In this document: in pieces, positions 32,388-42,290 of the stretch | How the letters are laid out: each line of letters opens with the position of its first letter | How positions within the stretch are numbered: position 1 is the stretch's first letter | Origin: a bacterium | GTDB lineage: Bacteria; JADJOY01 | DNA: 64,000 bases | Direction of reading: 5' to 3' | Assembly (NCBI GenBank): GCA_046331705.1 | Contig: JAXLQJ010000027.1 | Location: 1-64,000, forward strand | Made by a program: the position numbers and the translations under genes | The notes under the pieces: model-generated | Seen by the model: the letters and a program-made list of their open reading frames with translations, nothing else | Told to the model about the DNA's origin: nothing | The model's database searches: none

Positions 32388-33787
32388 CACAGCATCTCCC
32401 GCACGTCGGCCACCTTGCCCGCCACCGCTGCGGCCGCGACCATCGCCGGGCTCATCAGCAGTGTCCGGCCGGTGGGGCTTCCTTGCCGACCCTTGAAGTT
32501 CCGGTTCGAGGACGAAGCGCACATCTCGCGCCCCTTGAGCTTGTCGGGGTTCATGGCGAGGCACATCGAACAGCCGGGCTCGCGCCATTCGAAGCCGGCG
32601 GCGCGGAAGACCTCGTGCAGGCCCTCGGCTTCGGCGGCGTTCTTCACGGCCTGCGATCCGGGCACCACCAGCGCACGCACGCCCGAGGCGACGCGCCGGC
32701 CCTTGGCGACGCGCGCGGCCTCGCGCAGGTCGGAGATGCGGCTGTTGGTGCAGGAACCGATGAACGCCACGTCGATGGGAGTGCCGGCGATCGGCTTGCC
32801 CGGCTCGAGGCTCATGAACTCGTAGGCCTCGCGCGCCGTGGAACGCTCGCCGTCGGGGAGCTCGTCGGGGCGGGGCAGCTTCTCGTCGACGCCCAGCGCC
32901 TGACCGGGGTTGATGCCCCAGGTGACCGTGGGCGCGATCTCGGCGCCGGGGAGCTCGACGTCGTCGTCGTAGCTCGCGTCGCCATCGCTGGCGATCGACT
33001 TCCACCAGGCCACCGCCTTGTCCCACGCTTCCCCGGCGGGCGCGTAGCGGCGGCCGCGCAGGTACGCGAAGGTCTTCTCGTCGGGGTTCACGTATCCGAC
33101 CCGCGCGCCGCCTTCGATGGCCATGTTGCAGACGGTGAGGCGCTCTTCCATCGAGAAGCCGTCGATCACCTCGCCCGCGTACTCGTAGGCGTAACCGACT
33201 CCGCCGTTCACACCGAGCCGACGGATCACGTGCAGCGTCACGTCCTTCGCGTACACCCCGCCGCCGAGCTTGCCGGTGACGCGCACGCGCCGCACCTTGG
33301 GGCGCGCCAGGGCCATGGTCTGGGTGGCGAGCACGTCGCGCACCTGGCTGGTGCCGATGCCGAACGCGATGGCGCCGAACGCTCCGTGCGTGGACGTGTG
33401 GCTGTCGCCGCACGCGATCGTCATGCCCGGTTGCGTCAGCCCGAGCTCCGGTCCGATCACGTGGACGATGCCTTGGTGGGCGTCGCCGATGCCGAAGAAG
33501 GGGATGCCGCGCTCGCGGCAGTTGCGATCGAGCGCCGCGAGCATCTGCTCCGCCAGATCGTCCGCGAGCGGCCGCGACACGTCGTCGGTGGGCACGATGT
33601 GGTCCACTGTCGCGAAGGTGCGATCGGGGAAGAGCACGCCGAGCCCCGCCTCGCGCAGCATCTGGAACGCCTGCGGGCTCGTCACCTCGTGGACGAGGTG
33701 CAGCCCGATGAAGAGCTGGCTCTGGCCGCTCGGAAGCTCGCGGACGGTGTGAAGGTCCCAGACCTTGTTGAAGAGACTTCGACCCAT
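32387..33787 (-). CDS. leuC: 3-isopropylmalate dehydratase large subunit
   Basis: [49 protein letters not shown]. Confidence 0.96.
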   Translation of the reverse strand: MGRSLFNKVWDLHTVRELPSGQSQLFIGLHLVHEVTSPQAFQMLREAGLGVLFPDRTFATVDHIVPTDDVSRPLADDLAEQMLAALDRNCRERGIPFFGIGDAHQGIVHVIGPELGLTQPGMTIACGDSHTSTHGAFGAIAFGIGTSQVRDVLATQTMALARPKVRRVRVTGKLGGGVYAKDVTLHVIRRLGVNGGVGYAYEYAGEVIDGFSMEERLTVCNMAIEGGARVGYVNPDEKTFAYLRGRRYAPAGEAWDKAVAWWKSIASDGDASYDDDVELPGAEIAPTVTWGINPGQALGVDEKLPRPDELPDGERSTAREAYEFMSLEPGKPIAGTPIDVAFIGSCTNSRISDLREAARVAKGRRVASGVRALVVPGSQAVKNAAEAEGLHEVFRAAGFEWREPGCSMCLAMNPDKLKGREMCASSSNRNFKGRQGSPTGRTLLMSPAMVAAAAVAGKVADVREML

Positions 33788-33933
33788 GACGCGCACCTTT
33801 GATCGAGGGTTGCGGGAAGGCCCGCGTGCGCCGGGCAGGGCGCCCACGGGACGTGGCGCACGGTGGACGGCGAGCTCGCGCACGCGCGAGGCGCGGGGCG
33901 AGGCGGCGTCGCAACGGCGATCGTGCGCCGCGT

Positions 33934-33962
33934 AAGGTACGGCGCGCGTCCTAGCCCGGCAA
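33934..33962 (-). promoter_or_regulatory. candidate sigma-70 promoter for leuCD (TTGCCG-17-TACCTT)
   Basis: Minus-strand hexamers with 17-nt spacer about 145 nt upstream of leuC. Confidence 0.4.
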
Positions 33963-33994
33963 ATCCGCGCCGGCGCGTTCCGGCCGACGCGGGT

Positions 33995-35302
33995 TCAGCG
34001 AGGCCCGAGGCGCAGGATCCGGCCCGAGCCCAAGCTGGCCAGGTAGATCTCGCCGCAGGCGTCCTCGCCGAACGAGGCGAGGTTCGAGCCCGACGTGCCG
34101 AGCTCGCTGGTGCGCTCGCGCAGATCCGCGGCGCGCCCGTCCTCGAAACGGAAGGACCAGACTTTTCCCGAGCAGTAATCGCCGAAGAAATAGGTGCCGG
34201 CGACCCCGGGCATGCGTCGGCCGCGGTAGACGTAGCCGCCCACGACCGAGCAGCCCTGATCGTGCCCGTAGTCGAAGACCGGCAGCGCGAGGCCCGTCGG
34301 ATCACACCCTCGTGACGGCTCGAAGCACGCGTTGCCCTCCATGGTGTTCCAGCCGTAGTTGGTGCCGGGCGCCGACGCGGCGGCGGTGGCATCGAGCTCC
34401 TCGCGGCTGTCCTGGCCGACGTCGCCGACGTAGAGATCGCCGTTCGCGCGGTCGAACGTGAACCGCCACGGGTTGCGCAGACCGTAGGCGAAGATCTCGC
34501 CGCGCGCGCCACTGGTGCCGACGAAGGGATTGTCGGGCGGCACCGCGTACGGGCTCGCGCCGTCGACGTCGATCCGCAGGATCTTGCCGAGAAGCGTGTC
34601 GAGGCGCTGCCCGTTGCCGAGCGGATCGCCGCCCGCACCGCCGTCGCCGAGGCCCACGTAGAGCATGCCGTCCGGGCCGAACGCGAGCTGGCCGCCGTTG
34701 TGATTGGCGAAGGGTTGCTGGACCTCGAGCAACACGCGTTCGCTGTCCGGATCGGCGGTGTCGGCGTTCGCCTCCGCGTGCAGCTCCGATACGTGCGTGT
34801 CGCCGGCGAGATTCGTGTAGTCGACGAAGAATCGGCCGTTGCTCGCGAAGTCGGGATGGAAGGCGATCCCCAGCAAGCCGCGCTCGCCGCCGCTGGTGAT
34901 GCGATCGCTCAGGTCGAGGAAGTCCGCGGTCTGGAGCGTGCCGTCGCGGATCACGCGGACATGACCGTCTTGCTGGATCACGAACAGCCGGTGCACGTCG
35001 CCGGGCGGTGCGGCGATACCGACGGGCTCGTCGATTCCCTCCGCGACGATCTCGAGGCCGAGCGTGGGCGTGCCGTCACGGACGGGCAGCGTGTCGCACG
35101 TCGTCCCACCGCCACCACCTCCTCCGCCACCGCCGCCACCACCACCGCCGCCTCCCCCTCCTCCGCCGCCATCGTCCGGCGGCGGATTCGATCCTCCCCC
35201 GCCGCACCCGCTCGCGAAACCCAGCGCGGCGAGGGCGAGAAGCGCGCCCACCACGGCCTTTCGGAACTCCGTCGAACGCTTGGTCCTCGGACGGGATCGC
35301 AT
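33995..35302 (-). CDS. PQQ-dependent sugar (glucose/sorbosone) dehydrogenase family lipoprotein
   Basis: Lipobox ASGC, 22-Gly linker, GERGLLGIAFHP, NHNGGQLAFGPDG, GLRNPWRF, NYGW. Confidence 0.9.
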   Translation of the reverse strand: MRSRPRTKRSTEFRKAVVGALLALAALGFASGCGGGGSNPPPDDGGGGGGGGGGGGGGGGGGGGGGTTCDTLPVRDGTPTLGLEIVAEGIDEPVGIAAPPGDVHRLFVIQQDGHVRVIRDGTLQTADFLDLSDRITSGGERGLLGIAFHPDFASNGRFFVDYTNLAGDTHVSELHAEANADTADPDSERVLLEVQQPFANHNGGQLAFGPDGMLYVGLGDGGAGGDPLGNGQRLDTLLGKILRIDVDGASPYAVPPDNPFVGTSGARGEIFAYGLRNPWRFTFDRANGDLYVGDVGQDSREELDATAAASAPGTNYGWNTMEGNACFEPSRGCDPTGLALPVFDYGHDQGCSVVGGYVYRGRRMPGVAGTYFFGDYCSGKVWSFRFEDGRAADLRERTSELGTSGSNLASFGEDACGEIYLASLGSGRILRLGPR

Positions 35303-35395
35303 GACGCCTCCGGTGTGCGCTCGCTGCGCGGGCAGCGATTACGTCTGGCACAGTCGACGAGGGATGGACAGGGCACCTCGGCTATCCTCGCGGCC

Positions 35396-36403
35396 GTGGA
35401 CGCGCACCGGCCCCTCTCCACGATCGACATCGTCGATCGCACCGTCTCGCTCTACCGCGCCAACTTCCGGCTCTTCTTCGTGCTGCCGCTGCTGGCGGGC
35501 TCGGTCACGTTCGTGCTGCAGGAGCTCTCCATGCTGGCGAGTCCCGCGCTCTACCTGCCGCCGCAAGCGGACGGGAACCCCGCCGCCGGATTCGCCAGCG
35601 CGTTCGCGAGCTACGGCGCCAGCTCGTCGCTCGGCATCGTGTCGTGGTTCCTCAACCTGTGGGCCACCTGCGCGCTCGTGTACGCCATCTCGCGCCGCTA
35701 CGTCGGGCTCGACGTCACCGTCGCCGACGCGATCCGCCACAGCTTCGGACGCATTCCGTATCTCTTCGTGACCTCCTTGGCGCTCTCGTTCTTCATCGTG
35801 CTGGCGCTGGTGGGTGTCGGGTTCCTGCTGGGCGGGCTCGTCGGTGGCGTGGGCTTCGTGCTCGATCCGGGCTCGCGATGGAGCGTGGTGCTGATGGTGG
35901 TGCTGGGGATCGGCGGCATGGTGCTACTGCTCGCCGGATTGCTGTGGGTGCTGCGGTTCTGGTTGCACCCCGCCACGGTGGTGATCGAGCGGCTCGGCAT
36001 CGGCGCGGCGCTCACGCGCAGCAGCGAGCTCATGCGGCAGGCCGGGCACGTCTCGTTCCGCGATCGCAACGACGTGCGGCTCACGATCGTGCTCACGGTG
36101 CTGCCCGCGATCGGCGCCGCCGCCTCCTCGCTCGCGCTGCTGCCGATCGCGATCCTCGGCTGGGGCGGCTTCGTGTTGCACTGGATCGACTTCAGCAAGC
36201 CGGAGGAGATCCTGCACCTGCTGATGTCCCCGCTCATCGCCGTCCAGCTCGCGGCGGGTGCGCTGCTGCACCCGCTCTCGATCGGGGTGACGGTGCTCTT
36301 CTATTACGACCTGCGTTACCGGATCGAAGGGCTCGATCTCGAGATGCGTGCGCTGTCGCTGCGCAAGCCTCGCCCGCAGCGCGCGGCGAGCCCGGCGCCA
36401 TGA
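35396..36403 (+). CDS. multi-TM membrane protein, first gene of the DUF4129/DUF4350/MoxR operon
   Basis: RPLS..DIVDRT..LYR.NF N-terminus and LFYYDLRYRIEGLDLE C-terminus; GTG start inferred. Confidence 0.75.
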   Translation: MDAHRPLSTIDIVDRTVSLYRANFRLFFVLPLLAGSVTFVLQELSMLASPALYLPPQADGNPAAGFASAFASYGASSSLGIVSWFLNLWATCALVYAISRRYVGLDVTVADAIRHSFGRIPYLFVTSLALSFFIVLALVGVGFLLGGLVGGVGFVLDPGSRWSVVLMVVLGIGGMVLLLAGLLWVLRFWLHPATVVIERLGIGAALTRSSELMRQAGHVSFRDRNDVRLTIVLTVLPAIGAAASSLALLPIAILGWGGFVLHWIDFSKPEEILHLLMSPLIAVQLAAGALLHPLSIGVTVLFYYDLRYRIEGLDLEMRALSLRKPRPQRAASPAP

Positions 36404-37587
36404 GGCGAGTCGCGGCCGCGGCGAGCCTCGTCGCGCTCGCGCTCCTGATCGGTGCCCGGCCCGCGTCGGCGGCGCGGCCGGTGGCGCGCGCCGAGCTGGC
36501 GCGCGGGCTGCGGGAGTTGGCCGATCGCCTCGACCGCGATCTCGCGCCGCGCGACGCGCCCGCGTCGGCCGACGCGCCGAGCGCCGCTCTCGACGCACGC
36601 GAGCTGCGCCGCCGTCTCGCGACCGCCCAGCGCGATCTGGCGGGCCTGGGTGGGTCCGATCGCTGGCTCGATCCGTTCTTCGAGCGCCAGGACGAGGCCA
36701 AGGACGACGCCCAGCGGGCCGAGCTGGCGCGCGCGGCGGCCGCGTCGCTCCGGCTCATCGGCGACGAGGTCGAGTCCGCGCTCGCCGCGCGCGACACGGC
36801 CGGTGCGCGCGCGCGTCACGACGCGCAAGCGCGCGCCGCGCTGTCGCGGGTGCTGGCCGAGGACGAGTTCCGCCGCTTCCCGCGCGACGTCGCCGCACCG
36901 GGCGATCTCGCGCGCTGGTTCGCGCGTCTCTTGGACTGGTGGCGCCATTGGCACCCGCCCGGCATCCCGGCGGCGCTGCGCTTCTTCGCGGATTGGACGA
37001 GCGTGATCCTGTTCGCGTCGGTGATGGCGCTGGTCGCGTGGCTCGCGTACGGGCTCTTCGCCCGCGCGCGCCGCGCCCGAGCGCTCTCCGCCGAGGTGCG
37101 TCCCGGCGCCGAGCGCAGGCCGCCGGCCGTGACCGATCTCGAGGCGTGGGTCCGCGACGGTGCCGCGGCCGGGGCCTTTCGCGAGGCCCTGCGCGCCTCT
37201 CATCTGATGACCTNNNNNNNNNNNNNNNNNNNNNNNNNNNNNNNNNNNNNNNNNNNNNNNNNNNNNNNNNNNNNNNNNNNNNNNNNNNNNNNNNNNNNNN
37301 NNNNNNNNNNNNNNNNTCTGGTGACCTTGGGCCGCCTGCGTGCCACCGGGGCGCTTCCCACAGGGCTCGGCCTCACGCATTGGGATTACCTGAGCGGATT
37401 GCGCGGCGCGCGCGTCCCGGCCCGCGCACTCGACCACTTCGCCGAGCTCAATCGCGAGTTCGACGACGCGTGGTACGGCCACGCGGCCATCGACCACGAC
37501 CGCTTCGAGCGCTTTCGCGCCACGACCCAGACGTTCCTCGAGGAGATGCGCCGATTCGTTCCCGGTACCTCCATCCCGGCCCCCTGA
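36400..37587 (+). CDS. DUF4129 domain-containing protein (spans assembly gap)
   Basis: ATGA overlap; signal peptide, one TM, FREALR...THWDYL...FDDAWYG. Confidence 0.75.
   Translation: MRRVAAAASLVALALLIGARPASAARPVARAELARGLRELADRLDRDLAPRDAPASADAPSAALDARELRRRLATAQRDLAGLGGSDRWLDPFFERQDEAKDDAQRAELARAAAASLRLIGDEVESALAARDTAGARARHDAQARAALSRVLAEDEFRRFPRDVAAPGDLARWFARLLDWWRHWHPPGIPAALRFFADWTSVILFASVMALVAWLAYGLFARARRARALSAEVRPGAERRPPAVTDLEAWVRDGAAAGAFREALRASHLMTXXXXXXXXXXXXXXXXXXXXXXXXXXXXXXXXXXXLVTLGRLRATGALPTGLGLTHWDYLSGLRGARVPARALDHFAELNREFDDAWYGHAAIDHDRFERFRATTQTFLEEMRRFVPGTSIPAP
37214..37316. other. assembly gap (103 N)
   Basis: Run of N. Confidence 0.99.
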
Positions 37588-38696
37588 TCGTCGTCCTGCT
37601 GGCGACGGTCGCGGCACTGTCGCTGCTCGAGCAGCGGGCGCCCTCGCCGTCGCGTTCGACGCTCAGCGCCGATCCCGCGGGAACGCAGGCGCTGTTTCGC
37701 GTGGTGCGCGAGCTCGGCGTCGACGCGAAGCGGTGGCGCTCCGCGCACGAGGCGCTCGGCACCGAGCGCGGCTTGCTGGTGATCGTGGCGCCGTTCGAGG
37801 AGCCGCTCGATGCGCCCGCCGCCAAGGCGGTCTTGGAATGGGTCGGGCGCGGCAACGCGCTGCTGCTCTTCACCGACGCGGGCGAGCCGCTGGCCTCCAA
37901 GACCGTGCCGTGGAGCGACGGGCAGCTGCTCGAGCAGCTCGGCTGGGAGCATGGTGGCGTGCCGTTCGGGGAGCGCGCCGCCGACCCCGATCTCTCCGCG
38001 ATCCTGGTGGGGAGCGACGCGGCCAACGACGCCACACTCGCGATTCCCTCGCCGCTGCTCGCGCCGGGGGAGCGGGTGCGAGGCGGTAGCGGCATTCGGC
38101 TCGCGGCGCCGCACGGCGGCTGGGCGCCGCTGCTCGCGAGCGACGTCGGCACGCGCGGCTGGCTGCGTCGTCTCGAGCGCGGCGAGGTCGCGGTCATCGC
38201 GACACCGAGCATCGCGGAGAATCGCTGGATCGATCGCGAGGCGAACCTCGCCTTCCTGTTGGCGCTCATCGATCGCCTGCGGCGCGAGGGCCCCGTGCTG
38301 TTCGACGAAACCGTCCACGGTCACCGCGAGCTGCCGCCGGCGGCCGTCCTCGACGTCGGCGCGCGCCGCCTGGTCGCGGCACAGGTGCTGCTCGCGGCGC
38401 TGGTCTACGCGATCGCACGGGGCCGGCGGCTGGGACCGCCGCTGGTGTCTGCCGCCGCGCGCTCGCGCTCGGTGGTGGAGCTCGCCGAATCGATGGGGGC
38501 TCTCTACCGGCGCGCCGACGTGAGCCGCGAGGTCCTCGCGAGCCTCGCGCACGAGCTGCGCGCCGCGGGACGCTCGACGCCGGCGCTCGACCTCGCGCTC
38601 ACGCGCATGCTGCGCGCGCGTCGCGTCCGTCCGCGCGATCTGGTACGACTCGACCGCTTCATCACTCGCTCGAACCGACGGGAGAACGTCGCGTGA
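37584..38696 (+). CDS. DUF4350 domain-containing protein
   Basis: STLSADPAGTQALF, VLFDETVHG, GRRLGPP, SMGALYRRA; start inferred at CTG overlapping the upstream TGA. Confidence 0.78.
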   Translation: MIVVLLATVAALSLLEQRAPSPSRSTLSADPAGTQALFRVVRELGVDAKRWRSAHEALGTERGLLVIVAPFEEPLDAPAAKAVLEWVGRGNALLLFTDAGEPLASKTVPWSDGQLLEQLGWEHGGVPFGERAADPDLSAILVGSDAANDATLAIPSPLLAPGERVRGGSGIRLAAPHGGWAPLLASDVGTRGWLRRLERGEVAVIATPSIAENRWIDREANLAFLLALIDRLRREGPVLFDETVHGHRELPPAAVLDVGARRLVAAQVLLAALVYAIARGRRLGPPLVSAAARSRSVVELAESMGALYRRADVSREVLASLAHELRAAGRSTPALDLALTRMLRARRVRPRDLVRLDRFITRSNRRENVA

Positions 38697-39646
38697 ACGC
38701 ATCCGTAGCCGAGATCGGACGTCGCCTCGCCGCGGCGGTGGAGCGCGTGGTGGTGGGCCAGCACGACGCGGTGTTCGAGCTCACCGTGGGCTGGCTGGCG
38801 GGCGGTCACGTGCTGCTCGAAGGCGTGCCGGGTCTCGCCAAGACGCTGCTGAGCCGAACCTTCGCCCGCGCGCTCGGGCTCGGCTATCGGCGCATCCAGT
38901 TCACTCCCGACCTCATGCCCGCCGATGTCGTCGGAACGCAGGTTCTCGATCCACGCACCGGCACGTTCCATCTGGCGCGCGGGCCGGTGTTCACCGATTT
39001 CTTGCTCGCCGACGAGATCAATCGCACGCCGCCCAAGACCCAGGCTGCGCTGCTCGAGGCGATGGAAGAGCGCCAGGTGACGCTCGACGGGGAGTGCCAC
39101 GCGCTCTCGGATGCGTTCTTCGTGGTGGCGACGCAAAACCCCGTGGAGCTCGAGGGGACCTACCCGCTGCCGGAGGCGCAGGTCGACCGGTTCCTGATCC
39201 AGATCGTCCTCGGGTATCCGAGCCTCGAGGAGGAGGTCGCGATGCTGGCGAGCCGGCGCTCGGCGGGCGCGCCCACCGACTTCGCGGCCCTCGGCCTGGT
39301 CCCGGTGCTCGAGCGCGGCGACATCGCCGAGCTGCACCGCGAGGTATCGGCGGTGCGCTGCGAGCCCGACGTGGTCGAGTACGTGGCGCGCCTCGCACGC
39401 GCCACCCGCGGCACGCGGCGTGTCGCTCTCGGCGCGAGCCCGCGTGCGGCGATCGCGCTCTTGTGGTGCGCGCGCGCGGTGGCCGCGCTGGCCGAGCGCG
39501 CATACGTCATCCCCGACGACGTGAAGCGCATGGCGGAGCCGGTGCTGCGCCACCGGCTGGTCCTCGACCCGGCGGCGGAGATCGAGGGCGCGACGGTGGC
39601 GTCGGTGATTCGCGAGCTGCTGGACGTGGTGCCGGTTCCACGATGA
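38693..39646 (+). CDS. MoxR family AAA+ ATPase
   Basis: GHVLLEGVPGLAKT, RIQFTPDLMPAD, LADEINRTPPKTQAALLEAMEE, GTYPLPEAQVDRF. Confidence 0.95.
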   Translation: MNASVAEIGRRLAAAVERVVVGQHDAVFELTVGWLAGGHVLLEGVPGLAKTLLSRTFARALGLGYRRIQFTPDLMPADVVGTQVLDPRTGTFHLARGPVFTDFLLADEINRTPPKTQAALLEAMEERQVTLDGECHALSDAFFVVATQNPVELEGTYPLPEAQVDRFLIQIVLGYPSLEEEVAMLASRRSAGAPTDFAALGLVPVLERGDIAELHREVSAVRCEPDVVEYVARLARATRGTRRVALGASPRAAIALLWCARAVAALAERAYVIPDDVKRMAEPVLRHRLVLDPAAEIEGATVASVIRELLDVVPVPR

Positions 39647-40953
39647 CGCCGAGCCCGCGGCTGGCGCTGCTTGTGGCGCTGGCGACGTTGCCCGCCGCCG
39701 CGACGCTGGCGACGCCGGACGCTTACCCGGTGGCGGGCGCCGTGGATCTGGCGCTCGCCATCGTGGTCGCCGTCGCGCTTCTGCGACGATTGCCGGCCGC
39801 GCCCTTGCGTGTCGAGCGATCGATCGAGCCGGTCCAGTTCGTGCGCGGTGAGACGCGCGTGCGGCTCACGTTGGAGAATCGGAGCGATCGTTGGCTGCGC
39901 GCCGAGCTCCGCGACCTGACGCCGCTCGACGTGGACGCCCTCGACCTGCCGCTGGTCGCGGAGCTCGCGCCGGCGGGCCGCGCGGAGCTCTCGTATCGAG
40001 TGTCGTTCCCGCGCCGCGGCCGCCATCGCTTCGGCGATCTCTGGTATCGCGCCACCGATCGGCTCGGGCTGCTCGCCTTCGATAGCCGGGTCGCGCTCGA
40101 CACCGAGGTGCGCGTCTATCCCGCGCCGCTCGCGTCGGGTGGAGGTGCCCTCGCGGTGACCCAGCTCACGCGCGAGGCGCACGGCGCGGGGCGCGCGCGC
40201 ATTGCCAGCGAGGGCGCCGATTTCGCCGGGCTGCGCCAATTCGTGACGGGCGACGATCCGAGGCTCATCGACTGGAAAGCCTCGGCGCGCCGCGGTCGCG
40301 TCATCGTGCGGGAGGTGCGCCCCGAGCGCAATCAGCGCTTGCTGCTCATGATCGACCTGGGGCGCGCGCTTCATCCGCGCGTGGGCGTGGGAACCAAGCT
40401 CGACCGCGTGCTGGAAGCCGCCCACGAGCTGGCGGTGCTGGCGCTCGAGGCGGGAGACGAGGTGGGACTGCTGGCGTTCGGCGCCGAGGTGCGCGCGGCG
40501 CTGCCGCTCGCCCGCGGTCGCGGGCACCGCCGCAGGCTCCTCGACACGATGCTCGATCTCGCCTCCGAGCCCGTCGAGCCGCTCTATCCCGAGGCGTTCG
40601 CCGCGCTGGCGACGATGGTGACACGGCGCGCGCTGGTGGTGCTCTTCACCGACGTGATCGCTCCCGACTCGTCGTTGACGGTGCTGAACGGCCTGGCGCG
40701 GCTCAGGCCGCGACACCTGCCGATGTGCGTGACGGTCGCCGATGCGGAGCTGCTCCGTGCGGCGGAAGCGACGAGCCGCGACGTCGAGGACGTCTACACC
40801 AAGGTCGCGGCGCGTGCCTTGCTCGCCGACCAGCGCCGCGCGCTCGATCTCCTCGAGGCGAAGAGCGTGCTCACGGTTCACGTCCCTGCCGATCGCCTCG
40901 CCGCCGCAACCCTCGACCGCTACCTGCACGTCAAGTACCGGGGACTTCTCTGA
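39643..40953 (+). CDS. DUF58 (VWA-like) protein
   Basis: FAGLRQFVTGDDPRLIDWKASAR, ERNQRLLLMIDLGR, RRALVVLFTD. Confidence 0.9.
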   Translation: MTPSPRLALLVALATLPAAATLATPDAYPVAGAVDLALAIVVAVALLRRLPAAPLRVERSIEPVQFVRGETRVRLTLENRSDRWLRAELRDLTPLDVDALDLPLVAELAPAGRAELSYRVSFPRRGRHRFGDLWYRATDRLGLLAFDSRVALDTEVRVYPAPLASGGGALAVTQLTREAHGAGRARIASEGADFAGLRQFVTGDDPRLIDWKASARRGRVIVREVRPERNQRLLLMIDLGRALHPRVGVGTKLDRVLEAAHELAVLALEAGDEVGLLAFGAEVRAALPLARGRGHRRRLLDTMLDLASEPVEPLYPEAFAALATMVTRRALVVLFTDVIAPDSSLTVLNGLARLRPRHLPMCVTVADAELLRAAEATSRDVEDVYTKVAARALLADQRRALDLLEAKSVLTVHVPADRLAAATLDRYLHVKYRGLL

Positions 40954-41081
40954 AGGCTGCGCGACCATCGGTCGCGCGTGCAGGGCCGTTGCCGGGGGAC
41001 GTGTAGCCGCACCGCCGGCGTGGGGCGATGCTGACGCGAGGCAACGATGTGCGTCGGGGCGAGGCCGGAAGGAGGAACGAC

Positions 41082-42257
41082 ATGCGGGACGTGGTGATCG
41101 TGGCGGCGCAACGCACGGCAGTCGGCAGTTTCCTCGGTGCCCTTGCGGCGGTGCCGGCGACCGAGCTCGGTGCGGTCGCGTTGCGCGCCGCCGTCGCTCG
41201 AGCCGGCGTGGCGGCCAGCGACGTGCAGGAGGTGTTCCTGGGCTGCGTGTTGCCCGCCGGCCTGGGGCAGGCGCCGGCCCGGCAGGCGGCGCTCGGCGCG
41301 GGGCTCGCCCAGTCGGTGCCGTGCACGACGGTGAACAAGGTGTGCGGGTCGGGGCTCCAAGCGGTGATTCTTGCGGCCCGCGCGATCGCGGCCGGTGAGG
41401 CCGAGGTGACCGCGGCGGGCGGGATGGAGTCGATGTCGAACGCGCCTTATCTCCTCCCGGCGCTGCGCGGCGGCGGGAAGATGGGGCATACCCAGGCCGT
41501 CGACTCCATGATTCACGACGGCCTGTGGGACGTGTACAGCCAGCAGCACATGGGGCAATGCGCCGAGCTCTGCGCGCGCGAGAAGCACATCGGCCGCGCC
41601 GAGCAGGACGCGTTCGCCGCCGAGAGCTATCGCCGCGCGCTCGCGGCGCAGCAAGCGGGAGCGTTCGCCGACGAGATCGCGCCGGTCACGATCCGCGCAC
41701 GCAAGGGTGAAACGGTCGTGGACCAGGACGAGGAGCCGGGGCGCGGCAACGTCGCGAAGCTCGCCGAGCTGCGTCCGGCGTTCGACAAGAGCGGCACCGT
41801 GACGGCGGGGAACGCCTCCTCGATCAACGACGGCGGCGCGGCCGTGGTGCTGATGTCGAAGGAGGAGGCCGCGCGGCGCGGGGCGCCGGTGCTGGCGAAG
41901 ATCGTGGCCCACGGCTACCACGCGCAAGCGCCCGAATGGTTCACGACCGCGCCGATCTTCGCCATCGAGCGCGCGTGCCAGCGCGCGGGCTGGGACCCGA
42001 AGGCGGTGGATCTGTGGGAGATCAACGAGGCGTTCTCGGTGGTGGCGCTCGCGAATCTCGCGGGTCTCGGCCTGGACGCCGCGCGCGTGAACGTCAACGG
42101 CGGCGCGGTGGCGCTCGGTCATCCGATCGGCGCGTCGGGAGCGCGGATCCTGGTGACGTTGCTCCACGCCATGGCGCGCCGAGGAGCGCGCACGGGCGGA
42201 GCGTCGCTCTGCATCGGCGGCGGTGAGGCGATCACGCTCCTGGTCGAGCGCGTCTGA
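41082..42257 (+). CDS. acetyl-CoA C-acetyltransferase (thiolase)
   Basis: NKVCGSG, AGGMESMS, NEAF, GHPIGASGAR, CIGGG; GGAGG RBS. Confidence 0.95.
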   Translation: MRDVVIVAAQRTAVGSFLGALAAVPATELGAVALRAAVARAGVAASDVQEVFLGCVLPAGLGQAPARQAALGAGLAQSVPCTTVNKVCGSGLQAVILAARAIAAGEAEVTAAGGMESMSNAPYLLPALRGGGKMGHTQAVDSMIHDGLWDVYSQQHMGQCAELCAREKHIGRAEQDAFAAESYRRALAAQQAGAFADEIAPVTIRARKGETVVDQDEEPGRGNVAKLAELRPAFDKSGTVTAGNASSINDGGAAVVLMSKEEAARRGAPVLAKIVAHGYHAQAPEWFTTAPIFAIERACQRAGWDPKAVDLWEINEAFSVVALANLAGLGLDAARVNVNGGAVALGHPIGASGARILVTLLHAMARRGARTGGASLCIGGGEAITLLVERV

Positions 42258-42290
42258 CGTCGGCGACTCGGATCGCTGCGCGTGCCGCGG

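Noticed and set aside
33788-33930. Leucine attenuator upstream of leuC
   Set aside because: No Leu-rich leader peptide or terminator U-tract
35105-35170. 22-Gly tract as a phase-variable repeat
   Set aside because: Mixed GGC/GGT/GGA/GGG codons, in frame; an ordinary lipoprotein linker
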